Of a stretch of DNA of 64,000 nt, positions 8,908-18,756 are shown in pieces. Position numbers and translations under genes: made by a program. The DNA comes from an uncultured SAR86 cluster bacterium (lineage in GTDB: Bacteria; Pseudomonadota; Gammaproteobacteria; Magnimaribacterales; D2472). The notes beneath the pieces were generated by a model. The model was not told where the DNA came from, searched no databases, and saw only the letters and a list, made by a program, of their open reading frames with translations. Every line of letters begins with the position of its first letter. Position 1 is the first letter of the stretch. Where the stretch lies: NCBI GenBank assembly GCA_902515455.1, contig CABXUO010000001.1:7297-71296 (forward strand), written 5' to 3'.

Positions 8908-9705
8908 ATGAATACAGAGCATGCGATTGTAGAAGAAAAAGGCCACATAATGGTCATTACACTTAATCGTCCTGAAAAAAGAAATGCGTTAAGTCCAGGC
9001 ATGTTATTAACTGTATATGAAGCTTGGAGAAAACTCGACGAAGATTCTAATCTAAGATGCGCTGTCTTGACTGGTGCAGGCGGTACTTTTTGTTCTGGGG
9101 CTGACCTAAGTGCTATGAAGGATGGAAATGAAGATTCTGAGATGATGGAAAAATTAAAAGAAATTCCTGATTTACATTGGCAATCTCTGTTAAGGCACAA
9201 CAGGCCTAATAAACCAATTATTGCAGCAGTCGAGGGGTTTGCACTTGCTGGAGGTACAGAGATTTTACAGGGTACAGATATTAGAGTTGCAGGAAAAAGT
9301 GCCGTATTTGGTCTAACAGAACCGTTAAGGGGCTTATTTCCATTAGGTGGCTCGACTGTTCGACTTAGAAGGCAAATTCCTTATACTCTGGCAGCAGAAG
9401 CATTGTTAACTGGGAGGAGAATTTCCTCTGAAGAAGCATTAAGATTTGGGCTTATTGGTCATATCGTAGATGATGGAACTGCTCTAGATAAAGCTATGGA
9501 AATTGCAGAAACCGTCAGTGCAAATGCACCATTATCTATTCAGGCAATTGTTAAATCTTTAAGAGAAATTGATGAGAGCTATCTAGAATCAGAAGCATTG
9601 GAAAAAGAGTTAGAAATAGGGCAGCCCGTTTTTTCGACAGAAGATATGATGGAAGGGCTGACTGCTTTTGCAGAAAAAAGAAAACCAAATTTCAAAGGTA
9701 AGTGA
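8908..9705 (+). CDS. enoyl-CoA hydratase/isomerase (crotonase family)
   Basis: ITLNRPEKRNAL, GAGGTFCSGADL, AAVEGFALAGGTE and a C-terminal FAEKRKPNFKG. AGGAG-like RBS upstream. Confidence 0.85.
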   Translation: MNTEHAIVEEKGHIMVITLNRPEKRNALSPGMLLTVYEAWRKLDEDSNLRCAVLTGAGGTFCSGADLSAMKDGNEDSEMMEKLKEIPDLHWQSLLRHNRPNKPIIAAVEGFALAGGTEILQGTDIRVAGKSAVFGLTEPLRGLFPLGGSTVRLRRQIPYTLAAEALLTGRRISSEEALRFGLIGHIVDDGTALDKAMEIAETVSANAPLSIQAIVKSLREIDESYLESEALEKELEIGQPVFSTEDMMEGLTAFAEKRKPNFKGK

Positions 9706-10436
9706 GTAAACTTTTAATTGAGACCGAAAAAGGTATTCGTACCTTAATCTTTAACCGCCCAGAAAAAAAGAATGCATTTGACGCCGAATTGTGGGCTATG
9801 TTTAGAGACGAGCTAAATTTAGCAAGCGACGATCCTGACATCTATTCTGTGATTGTAACTGGTTCGTCCAATACTTTTTCTTCGGGTGTTGATCTAAGCA
9901 GCATGATGGGAGATGGGGGTGCAGAATATGAAGAGCCATTTGAAACTTGTATCGATGCATTAATAAATTTTAAAAAACCATTAATAGGAGCTGTTGAGGG
10001 AGCTGCTGTAGGTGGAGGTGCAACCATTTTATTGCATTTTGATGCTGTTTTTATTTCTCCAAATACAAAAATAAAATATCCATTTTCTGAATTAGGCTTA
10101 GCTCCTGAGGTTGGCAGTTCTTATTTATTATTTCAGGCACTAGGATATCAACAAGCGGCTCAACTTTTATTTCAATCTAAAATCATTGATGGAACTAAAT
10201 ATTATGAATTAGGTCTAGCCAAATATGTTGGTGATGATTTTCTAGATCAAGCTTATAGTTATGCACAAGATTTAAAAGAACAATCACTCAGCTCAATTAT
10301 TGAAACTAAAGCAATTTTAAAATCATTTATGTTGGAAGATCTTGCTGAAGCTCGTTCGATAGAAAATAAAGCAATGAAAAAATTATTTGGTTCTGAAGAT
10401 AACTTAAAAGCTGTAGAGAAGTTTTTTAATAAATAA
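9702..10436 (+). CDS. enoyl-CoA hydratase/isomerase family protein
   Basis: LIFNRPEKKNAF, GSSNTFSSGVDL and GAVEGAAVGGGAT. GTG start overlaps the upstream stop (GTGA). Confidence 0.8.
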   Translation: MSKLLIETEKGIRTLIFNRPEKKNAFDAELWAMFRDELNLASDDPDIYSVIVTGSSNTFSSGVDLSSMMGDGGAEYEEPFETCIDALINFKKPLIGAVEGAAVGGGATILLHFDAVFISPNTKIKYPFSELGLAPEVGSSYLLFQALGYQQAAQLLFQSKIIDGTKYYELGLAKYVGDDFLDQAYSYAQDLKEQSLSSIIETKAILKSFMLEDLAEARSIENKAMKKLFGSEDNLKAVEKFFNK

Positions 10437-10448
10437 AATTAATAATTT

Positions 10449-10955
10449 ATGTCTTTTGAAAGAATTCAAATATTTTTAGAGTCTAATCCAGAATATGGTT
10501 GGATGCTTGTTTTCTTATTCGGTTTTATGGAATCAATGATTATCACAGGTAGCTTTATGCCGAGCGCTATTCTTTTTTCTTTATGTATCTATTTATACAA
10601 CATTGAATTATTAACCTTGCCATGGATATGCGGAATTGCACTTTTAGGCTCCCATGTTGGTGATGTTGGAGGATTTTTAGTTGGCAAATCTCTTGGACCC
10701 ACTTTGCTGAATTCAAACTTTATTCAAAAAAGACAAAAGGCTCTTCATAGAACACAAAAATTTTTAGATCGCTTTGGGCCATATACAGTTTTAGTTGGGA
10801 GATTTATTCCTGCAATAAGACCCCTGGTGCCTTTTATGCTTGGGGTGACTGATCTAAAATTAAAAAGATTTTATGTTGCTGATTTAATTGCTTGTACTTT
10901 ATGGGCGATTGCATTAGCCTTGCTTGTAGTTTCAGTAGGTTCTATATTTAAATAA
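10449..10955 (+). CDS. DedA-family membrane protein
   Basis: Multi-TM protein with VLVGRFIPAIRPLVPFMLGV, the DedA/SNARE-associated signature. Confidence 0.7.
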   Translation: MSFERIQIFLESNPEYGWMLVFLFGFMESMIITGSFMPSAILFSLCIYLYNIELLTLPWICGIALLGSHVGDVGGFLVGKSLGPTLLNSNFIQKRQKALHRTQKFLDRFGPYTVLVGRFIPAIRPLVPFMLGVTDLKLKRFYVADLIACTLWAIALALLVVSVGSIFK

Positions 10956-10957
10956 TT

Positions 10958-11146
10958 ATGATGACTTTAGTAATATTATTCTTATCCATTATTGCTCTTC
11001 TTTTTTTGGTTCAGCAATTATTAAAGAATTCGCCTGAGGGTAAATTCTTAAAATCTATAAGAGATTTGCTGGTTATAGTTTTAGCTTTAGGAATTTCTGC
11101 TGGCGTATTCTATGTTGGCTTCCGGCTATTTAGATTTTTGATATAA
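10958..11146 (+). CDS. small membrane protein (62 aa, two hydrophobic segments), unknown function
   Basis: ORF starts 2 nt after the dedA stop. Two TM-like stretches. No family recognised. Confidence 0.4.
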   Translation: MMTLVILFLSIIALLFLVQQLLKNSPEGKFLKSIRDLLVIVLALGISAGVFYVGFRLFRFLI

Positions 11147-11150
11147 ATTT

Positions 11151-11489
11151 ATGGAAACATTGTTCACAAAAATTATTAATAAAGAAATTCCCGCCGATAT
11201 TATTTTTGAGGATGATTTTTCTCTTGTGTTCAAAGACATCAATCCGCAAGCACCCACTCATTTATTAATTATTCCAAAAAAACCTATTCCTAAGTTATCT
11301 GATGCCTCAGAAGAAGATAAAGAGTTGCTTGGACATTTGATGTGGGTTGCAGGAGAGATATCTCGAGATCTTGGTTTGGATGAGACTTTTAGATTGGTCA
11401 CAAATAATGGAGCCAAAGCAGGCCAAAGTGTTTTTCATCTTCATTTGCATTTATTAAGCGGCAGACCACTTCAATGGCCACCTGGGTAA
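11151..11489 (+). CDS. hinT: HIT-family nucleotide hydrolase (HinT-like)
   Basis: FEDDFSLVFKDINPQAPTHLLIIPK and the histidine triad HLHLHLL. Confidence 0.85.
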   Translation: METLFTKIINKEIPADIIFEDDFSLVFKDINPQAPTHLLIIPKKPIPKLSDASEEDKELLGHLMWVAGEISRDLGLDETFRLVTNNGAKAGQSVFHLHLHLLSGRPLQWPPG

Positions 11490-11492
11490 TGA

Positions 11493-12107
11493 ATGTCGAT
11501 TGAAGAAAGAATAGATCGACTTGAATCGCTTGATGAAATTAGGCAATTAGCAGCCAAGTATTCTGTAACTTTAGACATGCGAGATATTGATATGCATGTA
11601 AATCTTTTTGTTCCAGATGTTCGAGTGGGCAAAGAGAAGAGTGGTCGTCAAGCTCTAAAAAAATGGGCTGATGCAACTTTTAGAGATAAATTTACAGGAA
11701 CTTCTCATCATATAGGGAATCACATCATTGATTTTGAGACACCTGATTCAGCAATTGGTTTGGTCTATTCAAAAAATGAACATGAAACTGAAAATGAGTG
11801 GATTATTATGCAAATGCTTTATTGGGATTCATATCAAAGAGTTAATGGAACATGGCTTTTTAAAAAAAGACTTCCGATGTACTGGTATGCAACTGATTTA
11901 AACAAACCACCTCTGGGTGATAAAAAAATGCGCTGGCCAGATGAAGAAAGCTATGAGGGATTTTTCCATGACTTATTTCCTTCTTGGAAAGAGTTTTGGA
12001 GTAGTGATTATATTCGAGACAATGACGTCTCAGCACCGGTTGAAGCAAATCAGTTTCTAAAAGCTATAAGGCGCGGCTCAGAACCTGGAAAATTAAAAAT
12101 TAAATAA
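11493..12107 (+). CDS. SnoaL-like / NTF2-fold protein
   Basis: The N-terminal IDRLESLDEIRQLAAKYSVTLD pattern is typical of SnoaL_4 proteins. Size about 200 aa. Confidence 0.5.
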   Translation: MSIEERIDRLESLDEIRQLAAKYSVTLDMRDIDMHVNLFVPDVRVGKEKSGRQALKKWADATFRDKFTGTSHHIGNHIIDFETPDSAIGLVYSKNEHETENEWIIMQMLYWDSYQRVNGTWLFKKRLPMYWYATDLNKPPLGDKKMRWPDEESYEGFFHDLFPSWKEFWSSDYIRDNDVSAPVEANQFLKAIRRGSEPGKLKIK

Positions 12108-12236
12108 ATAGGCTACAATACCTAACATAAATACGAACCCACCTATGCCGATAACAAATAGTCCTAAACTTTTCATTGTTTGTGTATCTTCATCCATACA
12201 GTAAGTATAACCACCTAATAATTCTTTAATCAAATT

Positions 12237-13265
12237 ATGAATATAGAAAAAAGATTAGAATTTCCCATTGATGACGTACCGAAATATGGAGTTTTGCACC
12301 AAATAAATGACCAAATTCATTGGGTAAGAATGCCATTACCAATGTCTTTGAATCATGTAAATTTATGGACTGTTGGTGATAAAGACAGCTTAACTCTGAT
12401 TGATACAGGTATGCAGCTAGAAGATACCAAAAACCTTTGGAAAAATTTAATTAAAAAAGAAAATCTGTTTTTTAAACACATCATTGCAACCCATATGCAT
12501 CCAGATCATGTTGGTTTAGCTGGCTGGTTTGTAAAAAAATATGAATCAAATTTTAGTATGAGTAGAACTGATTACTTGCAGTGCAGAATGTTATCTGCGG
12601 ATACTGGAAATGATGTTCCGAATGATGCAATAAAATTTTATACTCAGGCAGGCATGACAAAGGATCAGATTCATTCTTTTACTGAAAGATTTGGTTTTTT
12701 TGGCTCTATTGTTCATCCATTGCCGCGATCCTATAACCGATTAAAAGATGGCGATAGTATTGAAATCAACGGTACAAATTGGTTAGTTATTGATGGACAG
12801 GGCCATACAATGGAGCATTTAGCCTTCTATTCTGAGGAATTAAATGTATTTATAAGTGGTGATCAGCTTCTCCCAACTATTAGCTCCCACGTTGGTACTT
12901 TTCCAACAGAGCCAGAGGCTAATCCAGTAGAGGATTGGATTGCATCCTGTCACAAACTATTAAAAATATTACCTGAGACAGTGTTAGTTTTGCCTGGTCA
13001 TGGAAGGCCATTTGTCGGCGCTCACAAGAGATTAATGGCTCTGATAGAGCATCATGAAACTTCTTTAGATAAACTCCATGATATTTTAAAAACACCTAAA
13101 AGAGCAGTCGATGTTTTTGATATTTTATTTAAAAGGGAAATTGATGATAGCAATCTAATCATGGCAACTGGTGAATCATTAGCTCACTTGAATTGTTTAC
13201 ATTATCGTGGGCTGATAAAAAAATCACTAGATCAAAACAATCAGTGTTGGTATGAGCAAAACTAA
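12237..13265 (+). CDS. MBL-fold metallo-hydrolase
   Basis: THMHPDHVG metal-binding motif, with downstream His (GQGHTMEH) and GD residues. Confidence 0.8.
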   Translation: MNIEKRLEFPIDDVPKYGVLHQINDQIHWVRMPLPMSLNHVNLWTVGDKDSLTLIDTGMQLEDTKNLWKNLIKKENLFFKHIIATHMHPDHVGLAGWFVKKYESNFSMSRTDYLQCRMLSADTGNDVPNDAIKFYTQAGMTKDQIHSFTERFGFFGSIVHPLPRSYNRLKDGDSIEINGTNWLVIDGQGHTMEHLAFYSEELNVFISGDQLLPTISSHVGTFPTEPEANPVEDWIASCHKLLKILPETVLVLPGHGRPFVGAHKRLMALIEHHETSLDKLHDILKTPKRAVDVFDILFKREIDDSNLIMATGESLAHLNCLHYRGLIKKSLDQNNQCWYEQN

Positions 13266-14502
13266 GCTCTCAACAGAAGCGAAGGCATGGATCCTTTACG
13301 ATGGCGGTAATTCTGCGTTTGCTACAACTGTAATAGCGGCTTTTTTCCCAATATTTTTTAATGATTTTTGGGCAACCGGTCTTGAGGCTGAAGTAAAGAC
13401 TGCTTATCTTGGTTGGGGCTTAACAATTTCAAACTTGGTTCTTTTATTTACCTCTCCATTTATTGGCGCCATAACTGATGTTTCAAGAACAACGAAATTT
13501 TTATTTTCCGGATTTGGTGCGATATCAATAATTTCAGTTGCGATTTTATTTTTTGTTCCCGCAGGCTCATGGCTTCAGGCTTTAATATTTTTTGGTATAG
13601 CGAATTATTGTTTTGCAGCTGGCAATACTCTATATGACAAGATGTTAGTTCAAGTTTCTAATCAGGATAATATTGCTAAAATATCTAGTTATGGATTTGC
13701 ATTCGGATATTTAGGGGGAGGTTTTTTATTTCTTATTAATGCAGCTATGACCATTAAACCAGAGTTTTTTGGACTATCCAGTGTTGCAGATGCGGTAAGA
13801 TGGTCTTTCCTCAGCGTATCTGTTTGGTGGACCTTATTTTTAATACCAATCTTGTTAAAAATTCAAGATAAAGGAGTAAGTTTACCTGGATCCCACTTCA
13901 AAATGGCTTACTTGAGGGTGATAAATACATTGCGAACTGTATCCTCAAAAAAAAATGTTTTTATTTTTTTATTAGCTTTCTTTTTGTACATTGATGGTGT
14001 TCATACCATTATGGCAATGGCAGCTGATTTTGCTCTCAATTTAGGATTACCTAGCAGTGATATAATTGTTGCTCTCATACTTGTTCAATTTGTAGCTTTT
14101 CCAACGACTCTACTTTGGTCGAAATTCGCATACAAATTTGGCGAGAAAAATACTTTATTATTTACGATTTCTCTTTATCTTCTTGTGATCGCATATTCTG
14201 CTTTCTTATCTAATGCAATTGAGTTTTATGTTCTAGCTTCTATGGTAGGAGCTATTCAGGGAGGTATTCAATCCATTTCTAGGAGCTATTATGCGACCCT
14301 TATTCCGCATGATGAATCTGGAGAGTACTTTGGTTTTTATAATATGTTTGGCCGAGCAGGCGCATTTATGGGCCCAGCATTAGTAGCAATTTTTGTGACC
14401 TTTTTTCAAGATACAAGATTTGGCTTGATACCAATAGCAGCACTCTTTATTATGGGTGCAATTATTCTTTTAAAAGTTCAAAGCAACAATGAATCTCTTT
14501 AG
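13252..14502 (+). CDS. MFS transporter (UMF1/Atg22-like)
   Basis: About 12 TM segments. N-terminal AWILYDGGNSAFATTV is typical of the UMF1 family. Confidence 0.7.
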   Translation: MSKTKLSTEAKAWILYDGGNSAFATTVIAAFFPIFFNDFWATGLEAEVKTAYLGWGLTISNLVLLFTSPFIGAITDVSRTTKFLFSGFGAISIISVAILFFVPAGSWLQALIFFGIANYCFAAGNTLYDKMLVQVSNQDNIAKISSYGFAFGYLGGGFLFLINAAMTIKPEFFGLSSVADAVRWSFLSVSVWWTLFLIPILLKIQDKGVSLPGSHFKMAYLRVINTLRTVSSKKNVFIFLLAFFLYIDGVHTIMAMAADFALNLGLPSSDIIVALILVQFVAFPTTLLWSKFAYKFGEKNTLLFTISLYLLVIAYSAFLSNAIEFYVLASMVGAIQGGIQSISRSYYATLIPHDESGEYFGFYNMFGRAGAFMGPALVAIFVTFFQDTRFGLIPIAALFIMGAIILLKVQSNNESL

Positions 14503-14677
14503 TCGAAAATCTATTATCTTATACAGTTTGCTAGGTCTGGTGAGTCTTTTTTTAGCAGGTTTTATTAGAGAAATGCTCCAGTTTTCTACATGGTTAGAAA
14601 TTTTAATTACTTCTTGCGTAATTATTCCCATGTACATTTTTGCAAGAAAAATCTTTGCAAAATTTCTTCAGAATTAA
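14489..14677 (+). CDS. small membrane protein (62 aa), unknown function
   Basis: Overlaps the MFS gene end by 14 nt. Two hydrophobic segments. No family recognised. Confidence 0.4.
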   Translation: MNLFSRKSIILYSLLGLVSLFLAGFIREMLQFSTWLEILITSCVIIPMYIFARKIFAKFLQN

Positions 14678-15414
14678 TGGTGCGATAAAAGATCTTTAAG
14701 AGTTTTAGGTCTATCAGTAATAATTCCGTCAACTCCTAAATCAATGAGCTTAAGCATTGTATCCTCATCATTAATTGTCCAGACATGAATCTTCAAACCA
14801 ATGCTGTGGACATAATTTATAAATCGCTTAGTAACTAATTTTATTCCATATTGATAAATAGGAATTTGCAAACAATTACCAGGAACTTTCTTCTTGTAAA
14901 GGTTATAACTTGCTAATAACAGTTTCATTACTTCGAAAGGACCCATAGATAAACAAATCTCGGGATGCAAGTTATGCACTTGTTTTAATCTTTTACTACT
15001 AAAGCTAGCTAGACAAACATTCTTTATTGAATTTGTTTTTTTTATTACTTCCAATGCTGGTAAGACCACCTCATCAGTTTTTACATCTATTTGAAAAAAT
15101 GTATTAGGGAACTTATTAAGTGTTGATTCTAGCGTAGGGATTCTATACTTATCAAAAAGCATCAATTGATTTATTTCATCGCTATGTAACGAATTAAAAA
15201 CAATATCTTTTTGAAATAATCTACTTAGGTCATCATCATGAAAAATATATGGAATTCCATCAGATGAAAGTTGAACATCTGTCTCTATATATGAGGAACC
15301 AATTTCAATGGAATACTGAAAGGATTCTATAGTATTCTCTGGCGCTTCCATACTACCACCTCGGTGAGCAGATATTGCTACGCCTGAAACATCTAAATAT
15401 GGGTGTATTGACAT
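14674..15414 (-). CDS. glycerophosphodiester phosphodiesterase
   Basis: The AHRGGS..APENT N-terminal motif, ETDVQLSSDG and GVDGIITDRP are hallmarks of the GDPD family. Confidence 0.85.
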   Translation of the reverse strand: MSIHPYLDVSGVAISAHRGGSMEAPENTIESFQYSIEIGSSYIETDVQLSSDGIPYIFHDDDLSRLFQKDIVFNSLHSDEINQLMLFDKYRIPTLESTLNKFPNTFFQIDVKTDEVVLPALEVIKKTNSIKNVCLASFSSKRLKQVHNLHPEICLSMGPFEVMKLLLASYNLYKKKVPGNCLQIPIYQYGIKLVTKRFINYVHSIGLKIHVWTINDEDTMLKLIDLGVDGIITDRPKTLKDLLSHH

Positions 15415-15478
15415 TTTATTATTGTACTTAGATTAGTGTAAAATCACTAAATTCATATCAATATCATGAGAAGCGTAA

Positions 15479-15712
15479 ATGAATGACCAGGATATCTTAA
15501 TGCAGGAAGGAATGAATCTGCTATACAGCGGAATGATCGTGGTATTCAGTTTTTTGATTTTACTGATAATTTCAGTCAATTTACTAAGAATTTTCTTTGC
15601 TTTATTAATTCAGAGTAATCCAGCTGAAGAGGGCTTTGATCCATTGCTTGAGGAGCAAAACAATATCCATCATAAAATTATAAAAGAAGTGTTAGGAGGT
15701 ATTAGGTCGTGA
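15479..15712 (+). CDS. oadG: oxaloacetate decarboxylase gamma subunit
   Basis: 77-aa single-TM protein (LLYSGMIVVFSFLILLII) directly upstream of, and overlapping (GTGA), oadA. Confidence 0.7.
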   Translation: MNDQDILMQEGMNLLYSGMIVVFSFLILLIISVNLLRIFFALLIQSNPAEEGFDPLLEEQNNIHHKIIKEVLGGIRS

Positions 15713-17463
15713 CAGATTCTAAAAAAATTGGTGTTACCGAATTAGTTTTAAGAGACGCACATCAATCATTACTTGCAACTAGATTTAGATATTCTGATAT
15801 GGAATCTGCATTAAAAGATCTTGATAGCGTTGGTTTTTGGTCAGTTGAATCTTGGGGCGGAGCTATTTTTGATTCTTGCATAAGATATTTAGGCGAGGAC
15901 CCTTGGGAAAGAATTAGAAAGATAAAATCGATGATGCCTAACACGCCTCAACAAATGCTTTTAAGGGGACAAAATTTACTTGGTTATAAACATTATTCAG
16001 ATGATGTTGTTAATAAGTTTGTTGAGTGCTCAAAAAAGAATGGAGTTGATGTTTTTAGAGTTTTTGATGCACTCAATGATACAAGAAATATGCATCAAGC
16101 ATTACAAGCAGTTATTGGTGTAGAAGGCCATGCTCAAGGAACAATTTCCTATACAACAAGTCCTGTTCATACTATTGATTTATGGGTAGATCTTGCAAAA
16201 AGAATTCAAGATATGGGTGCTCAATCATTAGCAATTAAGGATATGGCAGGATTATTGAAGCCTTATGTAGCTTTTGAGCTTGTTTCAAAACTGAAGGACG
16301 AGCTTGAAATCCCTGTTCATTTGCATTGTCATGCCACCACAGGTTTTTCAGTCGCTACTGGTGTAAAAGCAATTGAAGCTGGTTTAGATGTTATTGACAC
16401 ATCGATTTCTTCAATGAGCATGACATATGGACATACTCCAACTGAAACAATGATAAGTATTCTAGATGGAACAAATCGGGAGACGGATTTAAATCTTGAA
16501 AACCTCAAACCTATTGCTGAGCATTTTCAGTCAGTAAGAAAAAAGTACAAGAAATTTGAAGGATCTTTGAGGGGAGTAGATGCCAGAATTATTGCTTCTC
16601 AAGTTCCAGGAGGCATGCTTACTAACCTTGAGAATCAGCTAAAAGCTCAAGATTCAATAGATAAATTTGATGATGTTATAAAGGAAATCCCAAAAGTTAG
16701 AAAAGAACTAGGTTACATTCCATTAGTTACTCCTACCTCTCAGATTGTTGGAACTCAATCTGTGATAAATATTTTATCTAGTTCTAGATATTCAACCATC
16801 ACCAATGAAGTGAAGTCTTTATTGAAAGGTGAATACGGAGAAACTCCTGCACCAGTGGATAAAGATCTGCAGCAACAGGCTATTGGTGATAGTGCTGTTA
16901 TTACATGCAGACCTGCAGATTTACTCAATGATGATTATCAATCAGCAAAAGAAGATTTTGAAAAAGCCATGACTGAAAACAATCTCATGTCTGAATCATC
17001 TGATGAGAATGTACTAATCTATACAATGTTTCCAGAAATTGGAGTAAATTTTTTAGCAAATATTGATAATCCAGACTATTTCGAAGCTGAGCCTCTTGAA
17101 ATTCATGAGTTAACTGATTCTGCATATTTGGTGAGCGTGGACGATAAGGAATATTCGGTTACATTGAAAGCTGATAATTCAGTGATAATCAATGATGGAT
17201 CACGAGTAAATGAAATTAAGAATGAGACTAAAGTTGAAGCTGGACCTGGAACAATTATAGAGGCTCCTCTTGGTGGAAACATTTTTAGAACAATTGCCTC
17301 CGAAGGGGATTCTGTTGAAGCCGATGCAACCGTTCTTATCTTAGAAGCTATGAAAATGGAAACAGAAATTAAGGCACCTTCAGCTGGTATCATTGCAAAA
17401 ATTTTTGTTAAACCGGGAGATACTGTAAAACCTGGCAATCCCTTGTTCGAAATTCAAAGCTAA
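15709..17463 (+). CDS. oadA: oxaloacetate decarboxylase alpha subunit (carboxyltransferase plus biotinyl domain)
   Basis: The N-terminal [16 protein letters not shown]-barrel carboxyltransferase signature, HCHATTG, and a C-terminal biotin attachment site EAMKMETEI. Confidence 0.9.
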   Translation: MTDSKKIGVTELVLRDAHQSLLATRFRYSDMESALKDLDSVGFWSVESWGGAIFDSCIRYLGEDPWERIRKIKSMMPNTPQQMLLRGQNLLGYKHYSDDVVNKFVECSKKNGVDVFRVFDALNDTRNMHQALQAVIGVEGHAQGTISYTTSPVHTIDLWVDLAKRIQDMGAQSLAIKDMAGLLKPYVAFELVSKLKDELEIPVHLHCHATTGFSVATGVKAIEAGLDVIDTSISSMSMTYGHTPTETMISILDGTNRETDLNLENLKPIAEHFQSVRKKYKKFEGSLRGVDARIIASQVPGGMLTNLENQLKAQDSIDKFDDVIKEIPKVRKELGYIPLVTPTSQIVGTQSVINILSSSRYSTITNEVKSLLKGEYGETPAPVDKDLQQQAIGDSAVITCRPADLLNDDYQSAKEDFEKAMTENNLMSESSDENVLIYTMFPEIGVNFLANIDNPDYFEAEPLEIHELTDSAYLVSVDDKEYSVTLKADNSVIINDGSRVNEIKNETKVEAGPGTIIEAPLGGNIFRTIASEGDSVEADATVLILEAMKMETEIKAPSAGIIAKIFVKPGDTVKPGNPLFEIQS

Positions 17464-18752
17464 TGAATCTAGAAGCAATTTTTTCTAATTTAGGAATTTT
17501 TAGTTTGTCCTCTGGACAATCAATCATGCTATTGGTTGGACTGTTAATTTTGTATTTAGCTATAAGTAAGAAATTTGAACCTCTCTTATTGTTACCTATT
17601 GGTTTTGGTGCAATTCTTACAAATATTCCTGAAATTGGATTAGCTCTTAGTCCAATTGAAAAGCTGATTTATTACTCTGATGGAAATGAGTTAGCTGGAG
17701 CATTATCTTTGGTCTCGGCTGTTGACGGAGAATCTTTAACATCATTTCTTAAAACAGCATCGCATTCTCAGTTATGGCTATTAAACGAATATGCTGCAGA
17801 ATTAGGCTATAAGGCTGGAATTTTAAATACTTTTTATAATGTAGCAATTGGCTCAGGAGTTGCTCCTTTAGTAATTTTTATGGGTGTCGGTGCCATGACT
17901 GATTTTGGTCCAATGTTAGCCAATCCAAAAACATTAATATTAGGTGCTGCGGCACAATTTGGTATTTTTGCAACTGTAATTGGTGCTTTATTACTAAATA
18001 AATTAGGTTTAGTAACTTTCACCCTTAAGCAAGCTGCTGCAACAGGAATTATCGGTGGTGCAGATGGACCAACAGCAATTTATGTTTCTTCAATATTAGC
18101 TCCAGAACTTTTGGGTGCAATTGCTGTAGCTGCATATTCCTATATGGCATTAGTTCCATTAATACAGCCTCCAATTATGAGGCTTTTAACAACAAATTCT
18201 GAAAGAACAATAAGAATGGTTCAATTAAGAGAGGTTTCTCAGAAAGAAAAAATTATATTTCCAATTATATTAGTGTTTCTTGTTGGCATGATGCTTCCAA
18301 GTGCTGCTCCATTAATCGGTATGTTCTGTTTTGGAAATTTAATGAGAGAATCTTTGGTTGTTGAAAGATTGAGTGAAGTAGTTCAAAACTCACTCATCAA
18401 CATAGTTACAATTTTTTTAGGATTGGCGGTTGGATCTAAACTTGCAGCGGATCAGTTTCTCACTCCTGAAACGCTTGGAATTCTATCTTTAGGAATAATT
18501 GCTTTTTCAATAGGCACAGCTTCCGGTATTTTGATGGCTAAATTAATGAATGCCCTTAGTAAAAACAAAATAAATCCTTTGATTGGAGCTGCTGGAGTTT
18601 CTGCTGTTCCAATGGCTGCGAGAGTTGTAAATAAAGTTGGATTAGAGAACGATTCCCAAAACTTTTTATTAATGCATGCCATGGGCCCAAATGTAGCTGG
18701 AGTAATTGGATCTGCAGTTGCCGCGGGAGTCATGATTCAACTTCTAGCCTGA
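17463..18752 (+). CDS. oadB: oxaloacetate decarboxylase beta subunit (Na+ pump)
   Basis: Polytopic membrane protein with the FGPMLANPK and GGADGPTAI motifs of the OadB/GcdB family. TAATG overlap with oadA. Confidence 0.9.
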   Translation: MNLEAIFSNLGIFSLSSGQSIMLLVGLLILYLAISKKFEPLLLLPIGFGAILTNIPEIGLALSPIEKLIYYSDGNELAGALSLVSAVDGESLTSFLKTASHSQLWLLNEYAAELGYKAGILNTFYNVAIGSGVAPLVIFMGVGAMTDFGPMLANPKTLILGAAAQFGIFATVIGALLLNKLGLVTFTLKQAAATGIIGGADGPTAIYVSSILAPELLGAIAVAAYSYMALVPLIQPPIMRLLTTNSERTIRMVQLREVSQKEKIIFPIILVFLVGMMLPSAAPLIGMFCFGNLMRESLVVERLSEVVQNSLINIVTIFLGLAVGSKLAADQFLTPETLGILSLGIIAFSIGTASGILMAKLMNALSKNKINPLIGAAGVSAVPMAARVVNKVGLENDSQNFLLMHAMGPNVAGVIGSAVAAGVMIQLLA

Positions 18753-18756
18753 TGCC

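Noticed and set aside
8895-9200. 101-aa minus-strand ORF overlapping the crotonase gene start
   Set aside because: It is antisense to a well-supported enoyl-CoA hydratase, and its Cys/Ser-rich translation looks meaningless. The same reasoning applies to the other internal antisense ORFs in the track (for example 4391-4588, 7751-8017, 17103-17438, 18452-18733, 25093-25419, 59483-59794, 62860-63180).
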